A DNA stretch of 64,000 nucleotides from Rhodosorus marinus CCMP1338 (lineage: Eukaryota > Plantae > Rhodophyta). A program made the position numbers and the translations under genes. This document shows positions 25,400 through 38,785 of this stretch, piece after piece (the stretch's first letter is position 1; each line of letters opens with the position of its first letter). The notes beneath the pieces are model-generated. The model worked only from the letters and a program-made list of their open reading frames with translations. It made no database searches and had not been told where the DNA came from. The stretch lies in contig JAMWBK010000002.1 in the NCBI GenBank assembly GCA_029953675.1, positions 2,418,001-2,482,000 on the forward strand, read 5' to 3'.

Positions 25400-26697
25400 T
25401 CTTGATATGCATGTGGTATTATTTGAGGAGGTTATTAACTTTAGCGCGTGCTTCTGAAGCATGATGCACATGGCTCGTTAAAATTTTGACATTGACTAAA
25501 ATAACTAAAGAGGTTTTCGAAGACATGTGCGTCGCTGGCTACAAACACGATCCAATCAGCGAGCCACAGACAAACCCTCTGCGAGTCTCGCCGACAGGCC
25601 GCAGCTCATAACGCGAATCGTACTGTCCGTACGCAAGTGCTCTTTCCTTGCAAATATCTTCCCTGGTGGTCGAAGCCCGGAACTGTGACCTATCCCGGCT
25701 CACGGCACTGTTAAAAAAAAGCTTTTCGTTGCTAGCCCGCGAATAAGGCTCTCAGATCTATTCAGAGTCTGAACGCGGTTCAAACCCCTTTCTACTGCTG
25801 CTCAGAGTGCAGGCTATATGTTTTAAGCTTAAGAGCTAGAAACGGCCGTTGATACGCCTTGCTTCCACGGAGCGAAGACTGTTCTAGCGAATCAGGTGAG
25901 TAATGAATTCAAGACCGGCGCCCCTCCCTCTCCCCTCCAACCCCCCCCGCTGGTTTTAAAATTGCTTGCCCTCAATGGAGCACTGTAGGAAATTCTCGCG
26001 CAAATTGGTCAACTCCTAAAAAGCGCCTCCCCACTTTGCAAAGCGCCGCCCGCAAAGGTCTCCAAGGTTCCTGGTTTCTTCTGCTCATCTTCAGAAACGA
26101 ATTGCATGCCGGAGGTGGCGGCCAGTGAATGGATCCAGGTACCTACTGCGTGGGGGAATACTACCACCGACAAGAACCCTAACCAATACGGGTAAACTCC
26201 ACCCTAAAGCGCAACTCAACCCGCTCGGCAGGTGCTGTCTCTAATTCCAGTCCAACTTATTGAAATTTGGAACAAAATTCTCACACGGGGGTCGTGATTG
26301 AAGCCAATCATTCTAAAATTCAGTCATTATAAAGATTTTCAATCGATTTCTCAATCATTATAATCCTGACACCAGAGGTATTTCTTTCCTGCAGTACATG
26401 CGAATGGTATTATGACCCTCTTTGGAAGCCTGTACATGTACGGTCGGTGAAGAGAGTTCGTTGATGCATCTATATGAGCGTGCCCTGATCTTGGACTAAG
26501 CCCAGAGCGGGATGTGGATTCGAGGAAGCACTACCAACTTTTGTGCTGCTACCATCTGCCTTTGTTCTTTTCTTCTTTTTTTTTTGTTTGTGGTTCGGCA
26601 AATAGGTCAGTGGCCTCTTGTTCCTTTTTGCCGTCGCTCTTTTTTGGGGGGAGGGTAGAGGAGAGAGGAGTGGCCTACAGTGGGCTGGTGAGGAGCG

Positions 26698-27616
26698 ATG
26701 TCCAGCAGAGGTCGTAGGGGTGTTTTCGGACACCTGTCCTTATTGTTCATGGGGAAATCGCTGGTGGACCAGATTGGGAGGATGCCGGTGAAGCCCCTGG
26801 TGACTCTCGCCCTGATGGTGCTGCAAATTGCTGTTTACTTCTTGCTTGTCCCTGGTGTCGACTACAGCGTGAAAAACATATGTCTGAACCCGAGGGCGAT
26901 GCTTGGAAATATCACAGCGAGTATATGGGTCAGGAGAATTGTTGCGTCAGCTCTCCTTCACTCGAGTGATCGTCATCTGTATTTTAATATGATCTCGTTC
27001 TTGCACAAGGGTACGACCCCTAATGACCTCCTAAGAACCTCAACGGGACCGAGGATTGTCTCCGAACTAGATGTGCCAAATTTGCTCAACCGAGTTTCTA
27101 TTCTGTTTACTGTCAGGTGTCACACTTGAGCCGATCCTCGGCGCACAGCCATTTTTGATCCTGATCACTGCGCTTACATTCCTCAGTGGAATTATTAACG
27201 TGATCGTCTCCTACGTTGCAGCTGCGTATTTCGGCTATTCAGTACCTCTGTTCTCATGTGCGATTGGATTTTCCGGGGTTCTGTTCGGACTAAGCACTGT
27301 CCTCAATATGCAGTATCAGGAACGGTCTATACGTGTATTCGGATTCAGGTTGAAGCCGAGCTACGCAGCGTGGGCAGAGCTTGTAAGTTGCGAGACACCC
27401 AATTGTGGCCATCCGTCGCTCCGTTCAAAAAATGGAATGAATTCTGAACTTCAATTTCCTGCACAGGTGCTCACCCAGATTCTAGTACCCCGGGCTTCCC
27501 TGATGGGACACTTGAGCGGAATTCTTGCGGGGTTGATAGTCGTATACTACCAGAGATATAAACCGAGAACAACACCAACCCGCTTCCATGGCTCAGGTCG
27601 ACTTGGAACCCGATAA
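26698..27616 (+). CDS. RHBDD1: Rhomboid protease, RHBDD1/RBL14 type, 3 exons
   Basis: LLHSSDRHLYFNMISFLHKG, catalytic AIGFSGVLF, and SLMGHLSGILAG. Confidence 0.88.
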
Positions 27617-28313
27617 TCGCGCGGAACAAAGAGCACAGAACGAAGATCTTTTCACTTCGGACATTTTAGACGATATTTAATCTACGTAAAGAAGGAACGC
27701 TCTCAAGAGGTTAGGTACCCCATTATTCTCTTCTTTCTATGTTGGAGCTACTGAAGAGGCAGAAGGAAACAACTTTCACGTCAGGTGCCAACCCTGCCAA
27801 ATTCTCGATTCCTTTTTGGAAGACGCGATCACGGTTAGGGAAAACATCACTCTTGATTAGGGCAGTGGATGGAATCTATGGACAGATCATAAGCCTTCTC
27901 AATCCGCTCACTACCACAACCAATACCCAACCCCTTCCAACCAACACCCAGTATCTCTCACCTCCAACAATCAGTCAAATAAAACCAAATAATTTTAAAA
28001 AAATACAAAAACAGCCATCAATCAATATACGCTGGACTCCCAAAAATGACACTTGTCTATAAAACCTATTATCTGTCATCTATGTATTCAGTCAACTCTA
28101 CTAAATAAATTTTGTAATATGAATAAAAGCAATCAATAATTAATATTGGATTGATTTAGAAGATGACGATTATAGCTGGTTTAAGGTTTGTTTTGTTATT
28201 GACAGCAGACTCGCTTTAGCCAAATTCTTTTTTGATGGAGGAAAAGGTGAAGAGAACGCTTTTGTCTATTTTTGGAGGGTTTGGGGAAGGTGACCAGTGG
28301 CGGAGTTTGAGGA

Positions 28314-28328
28314 GGGAGGGAGGGAGGG
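28314..28328 (+). promoter_or_regulatory. Canonical G-quadruplex motif upstream of SFT2
   Basis: gggagggagggaggg on the sense strand, about 520 nt before the ATG. Function is inferred only. Confidence 0.35.
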
Positions 28329-28849
28329 AGGCAGGGAGAGTAAGCGGAGAGTACCGGAGAGCCGTTGAGAGGGAAGTGCAACCTGTCTTTTGGTATTGTG
28401 TACCCTGGATTGATAGTTTGTGGATGATTTTAGGTTTGTCAAAGTGTGTGTTGTAACTGTATATTTTTTGTTTTGATGTGATCTGTATGTGTGTAAATGT
28501 TTACACTTCGTGTTTGTGGGGAGGTGATTTCTAAGTAGCGGCCGCCGTGTTTTGAGTCTGTGAGCGTTTTGTGTGTTTTGGGAAGGTGAGACTTGTGGTT
28601 GTTTGTTTCGCCTGGGAAGAGGGGTGAATTTTGCGGAGTAGGGAGAGGCCTCGACTGGTTTTTGTTGGCGGAGTGGTGGAGGGACTTGGTCGCTGTTTTT
28701 GCTGACTCGCTTTTTGGAGTTGGGTTGATTTGGGAAGGCTTCGCCCTGAATTTTAGGGGGGGGAGGGAAGAAGGGGGAAGGAGGCTTGAATTTTATCTGC
28801 CAAGATTGGAGCTAGTATTAACCGTCGTTCGACGAAAGGAGGGTCCGGT

Positions 28850-29900
28850 ATGGGGCTTTTGGATAACATAAACAATCTTCAAGGTCTACAGGGATTCCAG
28901 AGAGAAGGAGTGGCGGATTCGTTGAGCGATTTTCAAAATGCTGCTATGAAGTCGCTTGGCAATGTAGGAGAAAAGGTATGATTGCAGCGTTGTATCGTTG
29001 AATAGAAATGTATGCCCGTGTTTCCTGGACTAAACCCATCATCTTCTTCACCAGTTGGGTGACCTTGGTGAGTCTGCTGCTGGAACGTTGAAGGGCTCTG
29101 TATACTCTGTACGAAACTTCATCGGCGATGACGGAGGTCCTTCAGATATTGAAAATAAAAGAAAACCAGAGGAATTTCAGCAGCAGACAACTTCGGAGGT
29201 ATGACCCGATAGCGTCTCCCGTACACAAGGAAACTTTAGTCGCTCACGGAAGAACTTATTCTTGAGTCTCACTACTTTGCAGGAAGTTAATGAGATTCTT
29301 AATCTCACTTGGACGCAGCGACTTATTCTGTTCTTGATGACTTTTGCCGCCGGCGCTGTAATGATGTGCTTGGCAGTTATGTTCATACCACTCATTGTCG
29401 TCAAACCTGCAAAGTTCGCTTTGAGCTTCACGTTTGGCAATGTATTAGCTGTTGTCAGGTATGCAGTTCTCCTTGACGCGTAGCCTTGGCTCCGACCTTT
29501 GTCCCCCCGTCTAACCTGATAATTCGTCCTTGCAGCACGTGGTTTCTGGTCGGTCCTCGTGCACAACTTCGCTCTATGTTTGATCCCATCCGGGCATGGG
29601 CAGCTGCTTTGTACGTCGGGTCCCTCGTCGTCACCTTGATCAGTATTTTCATCAACAGTCGTATTCGCTACTTTCTGGTCCTCGCGGCTATTGTGGTAGA
29701 AGCTATTTCTCGTAAGTGATCCACGCCATGACGAATTTTACTTGGATTCCGAAAAAGGAACTTTAGCTGAAGGTTTGCTCTCCTTCCTCCCCGCCCAAAC
29801 CCCTGTAGTGGTGTGGTACGCCATGAGCTACATTCCATATGGCAGAACTGTGATATCCAAACTGCTCAACCTAATCTGGGGAGGCTCAATTAGTCTCTAG
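28850..29900 (+). CDS. SFT2: Got1/SFT2-like vesicle transport protein, multi-exon
   Basis: LTWTQRLILFLMTFAAG…KPAKFALSFTFGNVLAVV|STWFLVGPRAQLRSMFDPIRAWAAALYVGSLVVTL…|WYAMSYIPYGR. Confidence 0.9.
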
Positions 29901-30218
29901 TTCCAACAGCAGAGTTCCCAAGCCCCTTGGGAAGAACAACTTACTTTACTGGTCTTTGTCACTACGACGAAACGTAGGGATCCGAAGGCGGAATCAATTT
30001 TTATGTTCGAGTACGGCGCGCGAGAGCGCTACTTAGCTGTGGATACGCAAGCGGGGGAGATCCCCGATTTAGTCTTTCTTAACCCACACCAGATGTGTTT
30101 TTTTTTTAAAGGATAAGTCTTCTACTAACAAGAGCTGCGCGCGCAAAGCTTGGGTACACGCCTCAAGAACTCAAGCCAATAGAAACCACCAGTTTGATGG
30201 AACAAGAGAGCCTGAGAA

Positions 30219-30364
30219 GCCCCTTCACATATTTCAACCACACAACGGTGGTGACCACATTTCTCTTCATTCGGAAACGGCTTTTGGGGTTACATGCCCC
30301 TTCACATATTTCAACCACACAACGGTGGTGACCACATTTCTCTTCATTCGGAAACGGCTTTTGG
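30219..30364. repeat. Exact 69-bp direct tandem duplication, period 77 bp
   Basis: gccccttcacatatttcaaccacacaacggtggtgaccacatttctcttcattcggaaacggcttttgg at 30219-30287 and 30296-30364. Confidence 0.95.
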
Positions 30365-30559
30365 CGTCACTGTTGACCTAGGGCGCTAGTGTGTAACAGG
30401 TCGTGGACTTCATTCGATCTACAGGGATTAGAGTGGCTTCCGGAACGATGACTGTCTTCTAGGATTTCAGGAGTTTCTTTGTTCGTCGTCCTACGGTGGT
30501 GGCTTGTTGCAAAAGGCACCAGGCAGTTCTACCGTATCGCCAATTGCAATCCTGGGAGG

Positions 30560-31296
30560 ATGACGGGAAAGTTGAAGATTCTGGGGCTGCACGGTCACTC
30601 GCAGGATGCGGAGGTCTTCAGGAGGAAGACTGGTGGGTTGAGAGGTGCGGTGAAGGGTATTGCAGAATTTGAATTTCTTAGCGCTCCTCATAAGGTTGAA
30701 CGTGGCGAGGACGCGGACGAAGTGGGGTACTCGTGGTATAGGTACAACAGCGGGATGGAGACTCTCACGATTAGCTTGAGGCAGTCACTGGACGAGATCA
30801 ATTCGTTCTTCAAGGCAAAGGGGCCTTTCGACGGGGTTTTCGCGTTTTCCCAAGGGTCGAGTCTTGCTATTCTTCTCGCGGCACTCCAGCGTGAACATGA
30901 CACACCCCTTGCGAAGGCACTCCGAGGTGAGCCCCTCCAGTCCTTGAGGACCGAAAAGCACTTGCTTCCAAGAAGACTAAGGTCCAGCTTCCACTCGTGC
31001 GAATCGTAGATGCCATGCCAGAGGTTTCTTTTAAGTTTATCGCCGTCTTCGCCGGGTTTCTGCCTAGGGATGAACCTTTCCGAAGCCTTGTAACTGAGTC
31101 AAGTCCATCGGTTAACAGCTTTCACTGTTACGGAGAAAAGGACCAGATCATAACCAAGGAGATGAGTCAAGATGCCGCACACGTCTTCAAGGAGCGCACG
31201 GTTGAGATCCACAGCGGCGGGCATTTTGTTCCTTCTAGTTCTGGCATCAGGAAAGCTTTTAAGGCTTTTGTGCAGTCCCAGGTTCATCCAAGCTGA
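30560..31296 (+). CDS. FSH1/OVCA2 family serine hydrolase, 2 exons
   Basis: LKILGLHGHSQDAEVF, nucleophile GPFDGVFAFSQG, SFHCYGEKDQII, and HSGGHFVPSS. Confidence 0.9.
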
Positions 31297-31513
31297 GCGG
31301 ATCGGATAAGCACTCACATTCAACCTTTTTAGCTTTGAGGTCAGAAGTGAGAACTCGCTTTTGGAATGCTTGATGAGCTTTATCCTATGATTATTCGGCG
31401 TGCTTCCATTTAGTTGGCCGGCATGGCTTCAAGTCAACGTTGCAGAGTACGAGAGAAGTTATTTTGTGTCTATACAATGAGAAGGTTGAGCCGTGACCCT
31501 CGAAAGTTTTGGG

Positions 31514-32719
31514 TCAAGAGCTGTTCCCAATTCCTTTCGTGATTTCCTCACGGATCTTCGTTACTGCTGATGCTGGGAAGAACAGCGCAAACCTTCGAAG
31601 GACGAGGCCACCCTTAACCGGCGCTTGACCGGGAAGCGAGAAACTCAGTACTAGAGAGGAATTGTTGTAAATAATATCGTCTTCATAGCGGAAAAACTCC
31701 AGTTTGGCAGGTGCCTCGCCTTCAGAATTCTGCCCCTTTTTCTTCCTCCTCTTCTTCTTGCTCTTCTTCCGGGCTTTCAACTTTGAACTCAATCCAGTGC
31801 TATTGGTCATCCCGCTGGTCAAGTACAAGTAGCTGTCGAACTTGAAGGAGTCTTTAAGCTCCTCTGTCGGTTCGTCCTCCTGCGCCCAGGTTATTTCATC
31901 AAAAATTGCCTCATGAAGCTTTGGAACCAGCTGGGGGGGGAAGTTCACAACACGCTCAGTCACTAGTAAGCCCATTTTTGACGATTCTCCCTCCTTCGGA
32001 AATATGGCCTTCAACTTTTGAGCTTCCTCGTTCACGGCCGAACGAACGAGCAACTTTCGAAGAGGTTTAAACAACGTTGTGTGAGTATTGGAGCTCAAAG
32101 CCGAAACGAACGCAATATCCTCGACTTCGTCACCGATCCTAACGACAGTACCCTAACCGAAATCAGAGAGTAAACGTTTTGCGCGATCGTCAGATCTAAC
32201 AGCTTCGGCCCAGACAATGGTGTTCGTAGACCAAGCAGCACCTACAACTCTTGTTTGCTTGCAAATTTCTTTGGTGAGCTGAGAAGTGTCTATTCCACCG
32301 TACGAACCAGTTCCAGAAAGTGCTATTAGCTTCTCCACAAACTCTTCATCCTCTTCGCCGGGATCAAAAAAGCCGACATCGGCATCAATTTCTGCAAACC
32401 GAATTTGGGTCCAAGAAAACAGCGCGTGTGGAAATTGTCAGAGGACTTGAAGCCTGAGAGGATCTACACGACGCAGACTGCCAAGTCAAAAACAAAACAA
32501 CCCTCGCTGAACTAGAGCTCTCGGGGAAGCTTTCCGCCTCTGCAGCATCGCCACTAAAGATAACCCACCTTCATCACCCTCATCAGCTATCATTCCTATC
32601 TCCTCTTCTTCGCTCTCGCTCTCGTCCCCTGAAGACTCATCTGGATGCTCTTCAACGTCGTCGGATGCCTCCTCCGCCGATCGTTTTCTTCTCGTAGGTT
32701 TTGAAGCTGTCCGCTCCAT
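31514..32719 (-). CDS. BCCIP: BCP1/BCCIP ribosome biogenesis factor, 3 exons
   Basis: Acidic N-terminus, EIDADVGFFDP, QTRV|GTVVRIG, GLLVTERVVNFPPQLVPKLHEAIFDEITWAQEDEPTEELKDSFKFDSYL. Confidence 0.9.
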
Positions 32720-33568
32720 ATCCAAATCAGTAGTATCAGTTTTAAACCAGATGAGTTTCCTCCAACACTTCAATCTCCAAGACGTTGCCAACTTAGAATT
32801 GAACCCCTTTCACCCGTTATGAAGACTCCTCGACCGCAGCGTTCCCCCTCTTCAATTGACAGTAGACTCCTTCCATGGGCACGCGTTTAAAAAACATCGA
32901 CTAAACCAGCTCGACGATAAAGTTGGACCCAAGGGGGGTTTACGAAAGCCGTGCTAATCTTTCCAATGGCCCTGGGCTATCATTTTTCTAAATTATTTCA
33001 ATATTGTCATGTATCATAAGCCGGTCGACGCAGTCCGTTGAGCAACGATACCCCCCTTATTAGAACGGGGAAAAATGAAATGTGTTTTTCATATATATTT
33101 AGATCATTTTGGTGGGAACAATGGCCGTATAGCCCGGAAGTTATTTCCGCAAAAGCGGAGAACGTACTGAACATGAATAACTGAAGAAAATTGGTCGATC
33201 AGAAATGGCTGTGGAACATTAACCACAGTCTGGCCAAGGAAAAGTTTGGACAAATCTTGTTGGTGTAGGTGTTTCGGAGTTCACTGTCAGAACATTGGTC
33301 CCCTTTGGATTTTATTTTGTTTTAGTGGGAAATTCTCTATTGAGGATCAGGCGGCTCTTTGGAGATTCTCGGGGAGACCTTCTTGAGTATAAAAAGCGTG
33401 GCTGACGAGAGGGTGAGAGAAGAGGCGGGCGGGGGGGGAAGGGGAAGGGAAGGAGCAGGGGCATCCATCCACCACAGCGCAGCTGCCATTGAAAGGCTAT
33501 TCGTTTTTTCAGTATTAGCATTTTTGACTTGCTTCGATTCGCGGTTCTTGTGGTATCCGGAGGAAAAC

Positions 33569-34287
33569 ATGGGCCGGCACGGTGGTGGTGAAGAAGTCTG
33601 TAGCTTGCATGTGAGTGGATATCCAGCAGATGCTGTGAGCTCTGACGATCTCAGAGAAGAATTCGAGCGATATGGGAAAATTGCTGACATCTATATGCCG
33701 AAGGACTACCATTCACGGAAGCCCAGGGGTTTCGCCTACGTAGAGTTTCGCCATTTGGATTCAGCGGAGGAGGCGAGACGCGAATTAGATGGGACGGTGA
33801 GCGATGTTCTGTCACGGACTGGAATGCGTAGCCAATAGTCTGACGAGCAACATTTGAGCTTCATGACATGGATTTCAGGAAATTTTCGGTGGTGGAAGGA
33901 CTGTGAACGTGAACTGGGCCTCTGGCAGACGCAAGAGTTCATCGGAAATGGAAGCTCGGGCCTTGCAACCACCAAGACGGAAAAGGTCGGCTCGAACAAT
34001 AGAGCATTCAAGTCGTTACTCCCGCCTTACAAGAAGGTACGCTGCTGGAAGAAACTCAGCTTCCAGATTTCCAGGCTCAAGATGTGCGTTGTGCCCATAG
34101 GCGCAGATGTCATTGCCACTGTCACAGATCCAGGTCAAGGTCTAGTCGTTCCTCCTACCGAAGTAGCTCGATTTCCTCGGAACGATCGAGATCTCGATCA
34201 CGGTCCAGAAGTCCATTTCACAATAGGTCTCACAGCACGACTAGGTCAAGACTAGACAGCCCCGAGTCCGGTGAGCTGGCCAAATAG
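33569..34287 (+). CDS. SR splicing factor with RRM and RS domain (SC35/SCL-like)
   Basis: FERYGKIADIYMPKDYHSRKPRGFAYVEF (RNP1), VNVNWASGRRK, and an SRSRSRSRS tail. Confidence 0.85.
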
Positions 34288-34527
34288 ATCCCGGAAGGCT
34301 GGATTTCCCGAATTCGCTCCATAACACGGTGTGAAAACAGGCTGTGGCTGTGAGGATCATAAAACACCTAGTTCAGCAACCGCCAAAACGCAGAGAAACA
34401 CTCCTGATCAAGGCATTCACATTGTACAAGGATTATTCAAACAAAGCGAGCGGTGGATAAACTTAACAAGCTTGCACAACAGCCTGGGGGCATATCTGAT
34501 TCCGAGCAGAACAATCATAACTACGAT

Positions 34528-36882
34528 CTACGCTTTAACAAGTCCTATGTGCTTCAAGAAGGCATCCTGGCTCGGTTCGCGCCCTAGGAAATTGCGAACC
34601 ATGTCCATACCGTCGAGGGAACCTCCAGGGGCAAGGATATTCTTTCGATATCGCATTCCCATTGTTGGATCAAGAAACCGTCCTTGGAAGGCGAGGAACA
34701 AGTCAGCACTGTACACCTCGCTCCAGAGATATCCGTAGTACCCCGACTCGTAGCCGCCCATAAGGTGTGCAAATCCAGCTGTAGGATTGCACCCTTCCTG
34801 CTGTGGGATTAATGAGATACTTTTACGAAGCTCCTTCCACAGTGTCTCCGTGACAACCGCTTCGGGAGATCGATGGCACGTCATATCGAACATACCGAAA
34901 AACACCTAGAGATGACCGCCGATGTGTTAGTGGGAATGGGCTAAGTTGCTCAGCTTGGTCCTCTGTATACTATGGATATTCATGCGCTCGTACCTGTCGA
35001 AGATTTAAAAGTCCAGTGTCTACAAGCCTGGATTTGATGACGGCCTGCAGCAATTCATCAGGTAGTGGAGTCTTGTCGAGGTAGTGTTCGCTCATCATCG
35101 ACAATGGTTCACCTTCGTAGCACCAGTTCTCAAGCATTTGACTTGGTGCCTCTACGAAGTCCCTCTCCACTCTCGTACAAGCAAACGAATGTACCCGTGC
35201 CTCAGAGCAAATGTTGTGCATGACATGGCCAAACTCATGGAAGTAGGTTTCGACCTCCCGATGCTTCAGAAGACTCGGCCGATCTTCGGTAGGGGGTGTG
35301 AAGTTGCAAAGCATAGCACAGCACGGAAGCTGTCTTTTGCCAGATGCGTCCAGACCAGTTCTCTGCAGGCCAAACACTGCTGCATGACCGTATTTGCCGT
35401 CCCGAGGGAACATATCAAGGTAAAACTGACCCAGAAAGTCGCCGGTATCCTTGTCATAAACAGCGAAAAGCTGGACATCCTACGATAAGCAAGAATGCAG
35501 AAGAACCGCAACTCTTAGCCTCATTCCCGGACACTTGGTTGGTTCATTCCCGTTTGTTCACACCTCATGCCACTGACGATTCAAGTCCTTGACCTCCTCA
35601 AACCGTAATCCCAAAATTGTTTGGTAAATCTCGTGCATTCCTTTGGTTACGACGTCGAGAGGAAAGTATTCCTGAAGTTTGGACTCATCGAGCTGATAGT
35701 CCTTATCGAGGAGCATCGTGTGATAGTACAACATGTCCCAAGAATTCACCACGCCATCAAACTCCATTCCCGTTGCCTCGCATTCCTCCTTCTTCAGTTC
35801 TAGCAAACGAGCCAGTTCCTTATCCGCTAAAGGCTTCAGCTTTTCCTTGAGTTCCAGGAGGAACTCCACTACTGTGTCCGCCGTTTTCGCCATTCTTATC
35901 TCCAGCGCATAGTCTGAGAACGTGTCGAACCCGAGCAACGATGCTACCTATTAGGTGATGAGCGCGGACAAGAAAAGGCTCAACAATCGAATGGCTCTGC
36001 ATCACGGATCGATGTGAAGAGTCTCTCACCTCCCTTCTCAGTGCTAAAACTTCATCAAACAATGGAATGTTGGCCTCCTGGCACATACGCCCTTTCAAAA
36101 AATCCATCCGTTTCCGGGTTTCGGCGATTTTACATCTCTGCATCAGCGGAAGCATGTCCGGGTATTTGAGCGTCACGTAGTATTTCAAGCCATCTTCAGT
36201 TTTCTTCAGCGACTCAAGCCATGGCTCAGGCATTCCACTCAGTTCTTCTCTTAGGAATGTCTCATTTGTAACGTCCTCATTCAGGTTCTTCGAGAATTCA
36301 GTGCAGAGCTCCGATATTCTCTTCTTGCACTCTCCGAGCTTGTCTTTGTCGTCCTGGTTGGCGCCAACAGGGAATCGAAAGCACAGTAAGGACGCAAGTG
36401 GTCCATTCCAGACAAATTTACAGCAGAATTGATCATGTGCATCGGCGTAAGCTGCTCACCTTTGGAAGCTCCAGTCCAGATCTGCGAAAATCTCTCAACA
36501 GCTTCGCGACCCACCTCTTCAGTTCTGGCTCAACCACTACCTCACCCTTTTCGCACCGCTCGTTGAAGCCTCTAACTGCGAGATAAATGTCTTCCCTTTG
36601 ACTTGCTTCTACACGGTATGCATCCATCTGAACCTCAGCTTTGGCAGCAGCTTCTCGCACTGCCGCATCCGTCGAAACGTACATGGGAAACGTGCACGAG
36701 CTCGAGTTCGTCTCGAAGGCCATCTCTGCCTCTCCAAGCAGTCGCAGCTCCTTCTCCCCCCATACCTCGATGGCTCCCAACTCATCCAAGTCCTGTTTGT
36801 TCTTTTCGATAATTTCCGTCTGGTACTCTACAATCTCTTCGCTCGTCCTGTTAAAGGAGATTAACGGCGGAAAGTATGCCAT
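34528..36882 (-). CDS. M3A metallo-oligopeptidase (thimet oligopeptidase/neurolysin-like), multi-exon
   Basis: TYFHEFGHVMHNICS (HEXXH), VERDFVEAPSQMLENW, DMFPRDGKYGHAAVF, and AGFAHLMGGYESGYYGYLWSEVYSAD. An upstream targeting exon is possible. Confidence 0.93.
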
Positions 36883-38785
36883 TTTTGGCCAAGATCCAGA
36901 GCTGTAAAACCCTAACACAAGGACACAGCAGAATTCCTCGTCACGACCACGGATCTTAGATCAGCTGAGGGGGTCCGCAAAACGAAACGATGCGCCCCAA
37001 TCCTGCCTCAACCAGTCCAATACTCAAGAAATTGAAGCTCTTCGTGATCAGTCAAATCGTGCATCCACTAAATTCACACGAGATCGAGCTTTGGTAAGCC
37101 AGCACGGCCAAGCGGTCGTTCCCTTTACCTGTCTAGCTGGAAGGCATTGGAACCATTTTGCCCCATTGCCAAACCACAAATATCCGATCTGAGAACGTAA
37201 CATAATCAAGCCGAATATTTAGATTTAGAATATTGAATTTGAATAACGGAAACTAAATAAAATATGAATCTTAATATAGAAACATAGTTTTTTAATTTAG
37301 AGAATACGACCGTGATTGTTCTGAAATGGAATGTGGCTGGAAAGCCAAATGCTCCCTCGAACTGATTGAGGACGAGCCGATCCATTAGGAGGCTGATTCT
37401 CACGAGGAGGTCTCATCTTTTTGACTTTTGATGCGGACTCGTCCTTGTCCGCTTTACGCAATATCGGAGATGGGCGCTGCAATTGAGCCACGGCACCGAG
37501 AGAGTCGGGTTTCTGCGATGTTTAGGATCGCTGGTTTCGTCCTGGGGCTTGGTTTTTTGCTTGCAACCAGAGGCCCAAGATGGGGTATTGCGTGTTCACC
37601 GATGGGGACAATCTTTTTTAGCGCTTGAGAGCAGTTGTTTATGATCACTGGATCACCTCGCGCCTAGGGATACTATCACGGAGCTGGTCCGTAGGCGGTT
37701 TAGGACAGGAGAGTCACAACTCACAGCCCGTCCATTGTCGTACCACGTACTCACTGGTCGTTTCCGGGATCCGTTTGCGGAGCAATCAAGTACGTTGCTG
37801 AGTCCTCCCTCGCTGCGGAGACAGTCAGTCTCTGTCCATCCCTAAACGGCCTCCCTCAGTCCAACAGACCGCGGAACTGCTGACGCAAACTATCAAGGCC
37901 GTCCTCATCCTAGCTTTTGTGCCAGTTTCGTCTGATGAAAAAACTGGTGATAGCTTTTCTACTCCTAAATATTTTTGATTTAGCCCCATCAGACCACAAA
38001 TTACATACGTTCTCAGTTGAAAACCCAAATTCCTTGGTTTTTAGATATATTTTCGTCAATCATATCTAGATCTATGATCTAACCCTCAAAGACACCATAA
38101 ATACCCACTCAACCACCTAAAACAACGCACCAATATTCTAAATATCTGCGTTGCCGCGAATCCCAGTTTAGTTATTTAAAAAACGAACACATTACCATGG
38201 GACACTTTCTGCAAATCAATGGGCACTAGATCACAAAGTGTGAATGAGAATGACGCCCTGTCCCGGGACAGAAGGCGCGCACTAGTGCCTTATAATATTC
38301 AAAACACTATTTTATGGATGAGAATGTGAATAGAGAAAAATCAATTCTGTAATTTCTTTTCCTATTCACAAATAGGATTTTGTTTTTGCTTTTTGGGGGG
38401 TATTTTTGAGTTTTTGAAAAAGTGCCGATAGAGTTTTGTTTATAAAAACAACCGGGAGAGACAAAAAAAAAAAATCTGGGCTGGGGGAAGGGGCGCTGCT
38501 GGGTGCCGCGGGGTGCAATGTGAGTGTTACTGATTACACTCTAGACGTTTTGGGGGTACTTTGTGTGGGAGAGGGGGAGGGAGGGAGGGAGCGAGACGAA
38601 GGAGAGCAGAGTTTTTTGTTTTCTTTTTTTTTGTTCTGTGAGAGAGGGAGTCTTAGATCTGATCGAGTATCTGTATTCTGTGGGCTTTTCTGTTGTTGTT
38701 TTTTGTAAAAAAAATTTGTTGTTGAGGAGGGATTAGTTGAGGGCGGGACTATTGGGATACCTGAGGTGGGAAGCCACTCTCATTG

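Noticed and set aside
24719-25471. 250-aa antisense ORF over the CHY-RING gene; also 38923-39510, 39989-40533 and 5620-6282
   Set aside because: Shadow ORFs on the opposite strand of real genes, with no domain or compositional support.
25770-25790. GGTTCAAACCCC resembling a tRNA T-loop
   Set aside because: The flanks do not form a T-stem or cloverleaf.
34100-34126. CHCHCH motif at the start of the RS domain of the SR protein
   Set aside because: Probably intronic: the acceptor ctgtcacag| at 34126 joins in frame and removes it.
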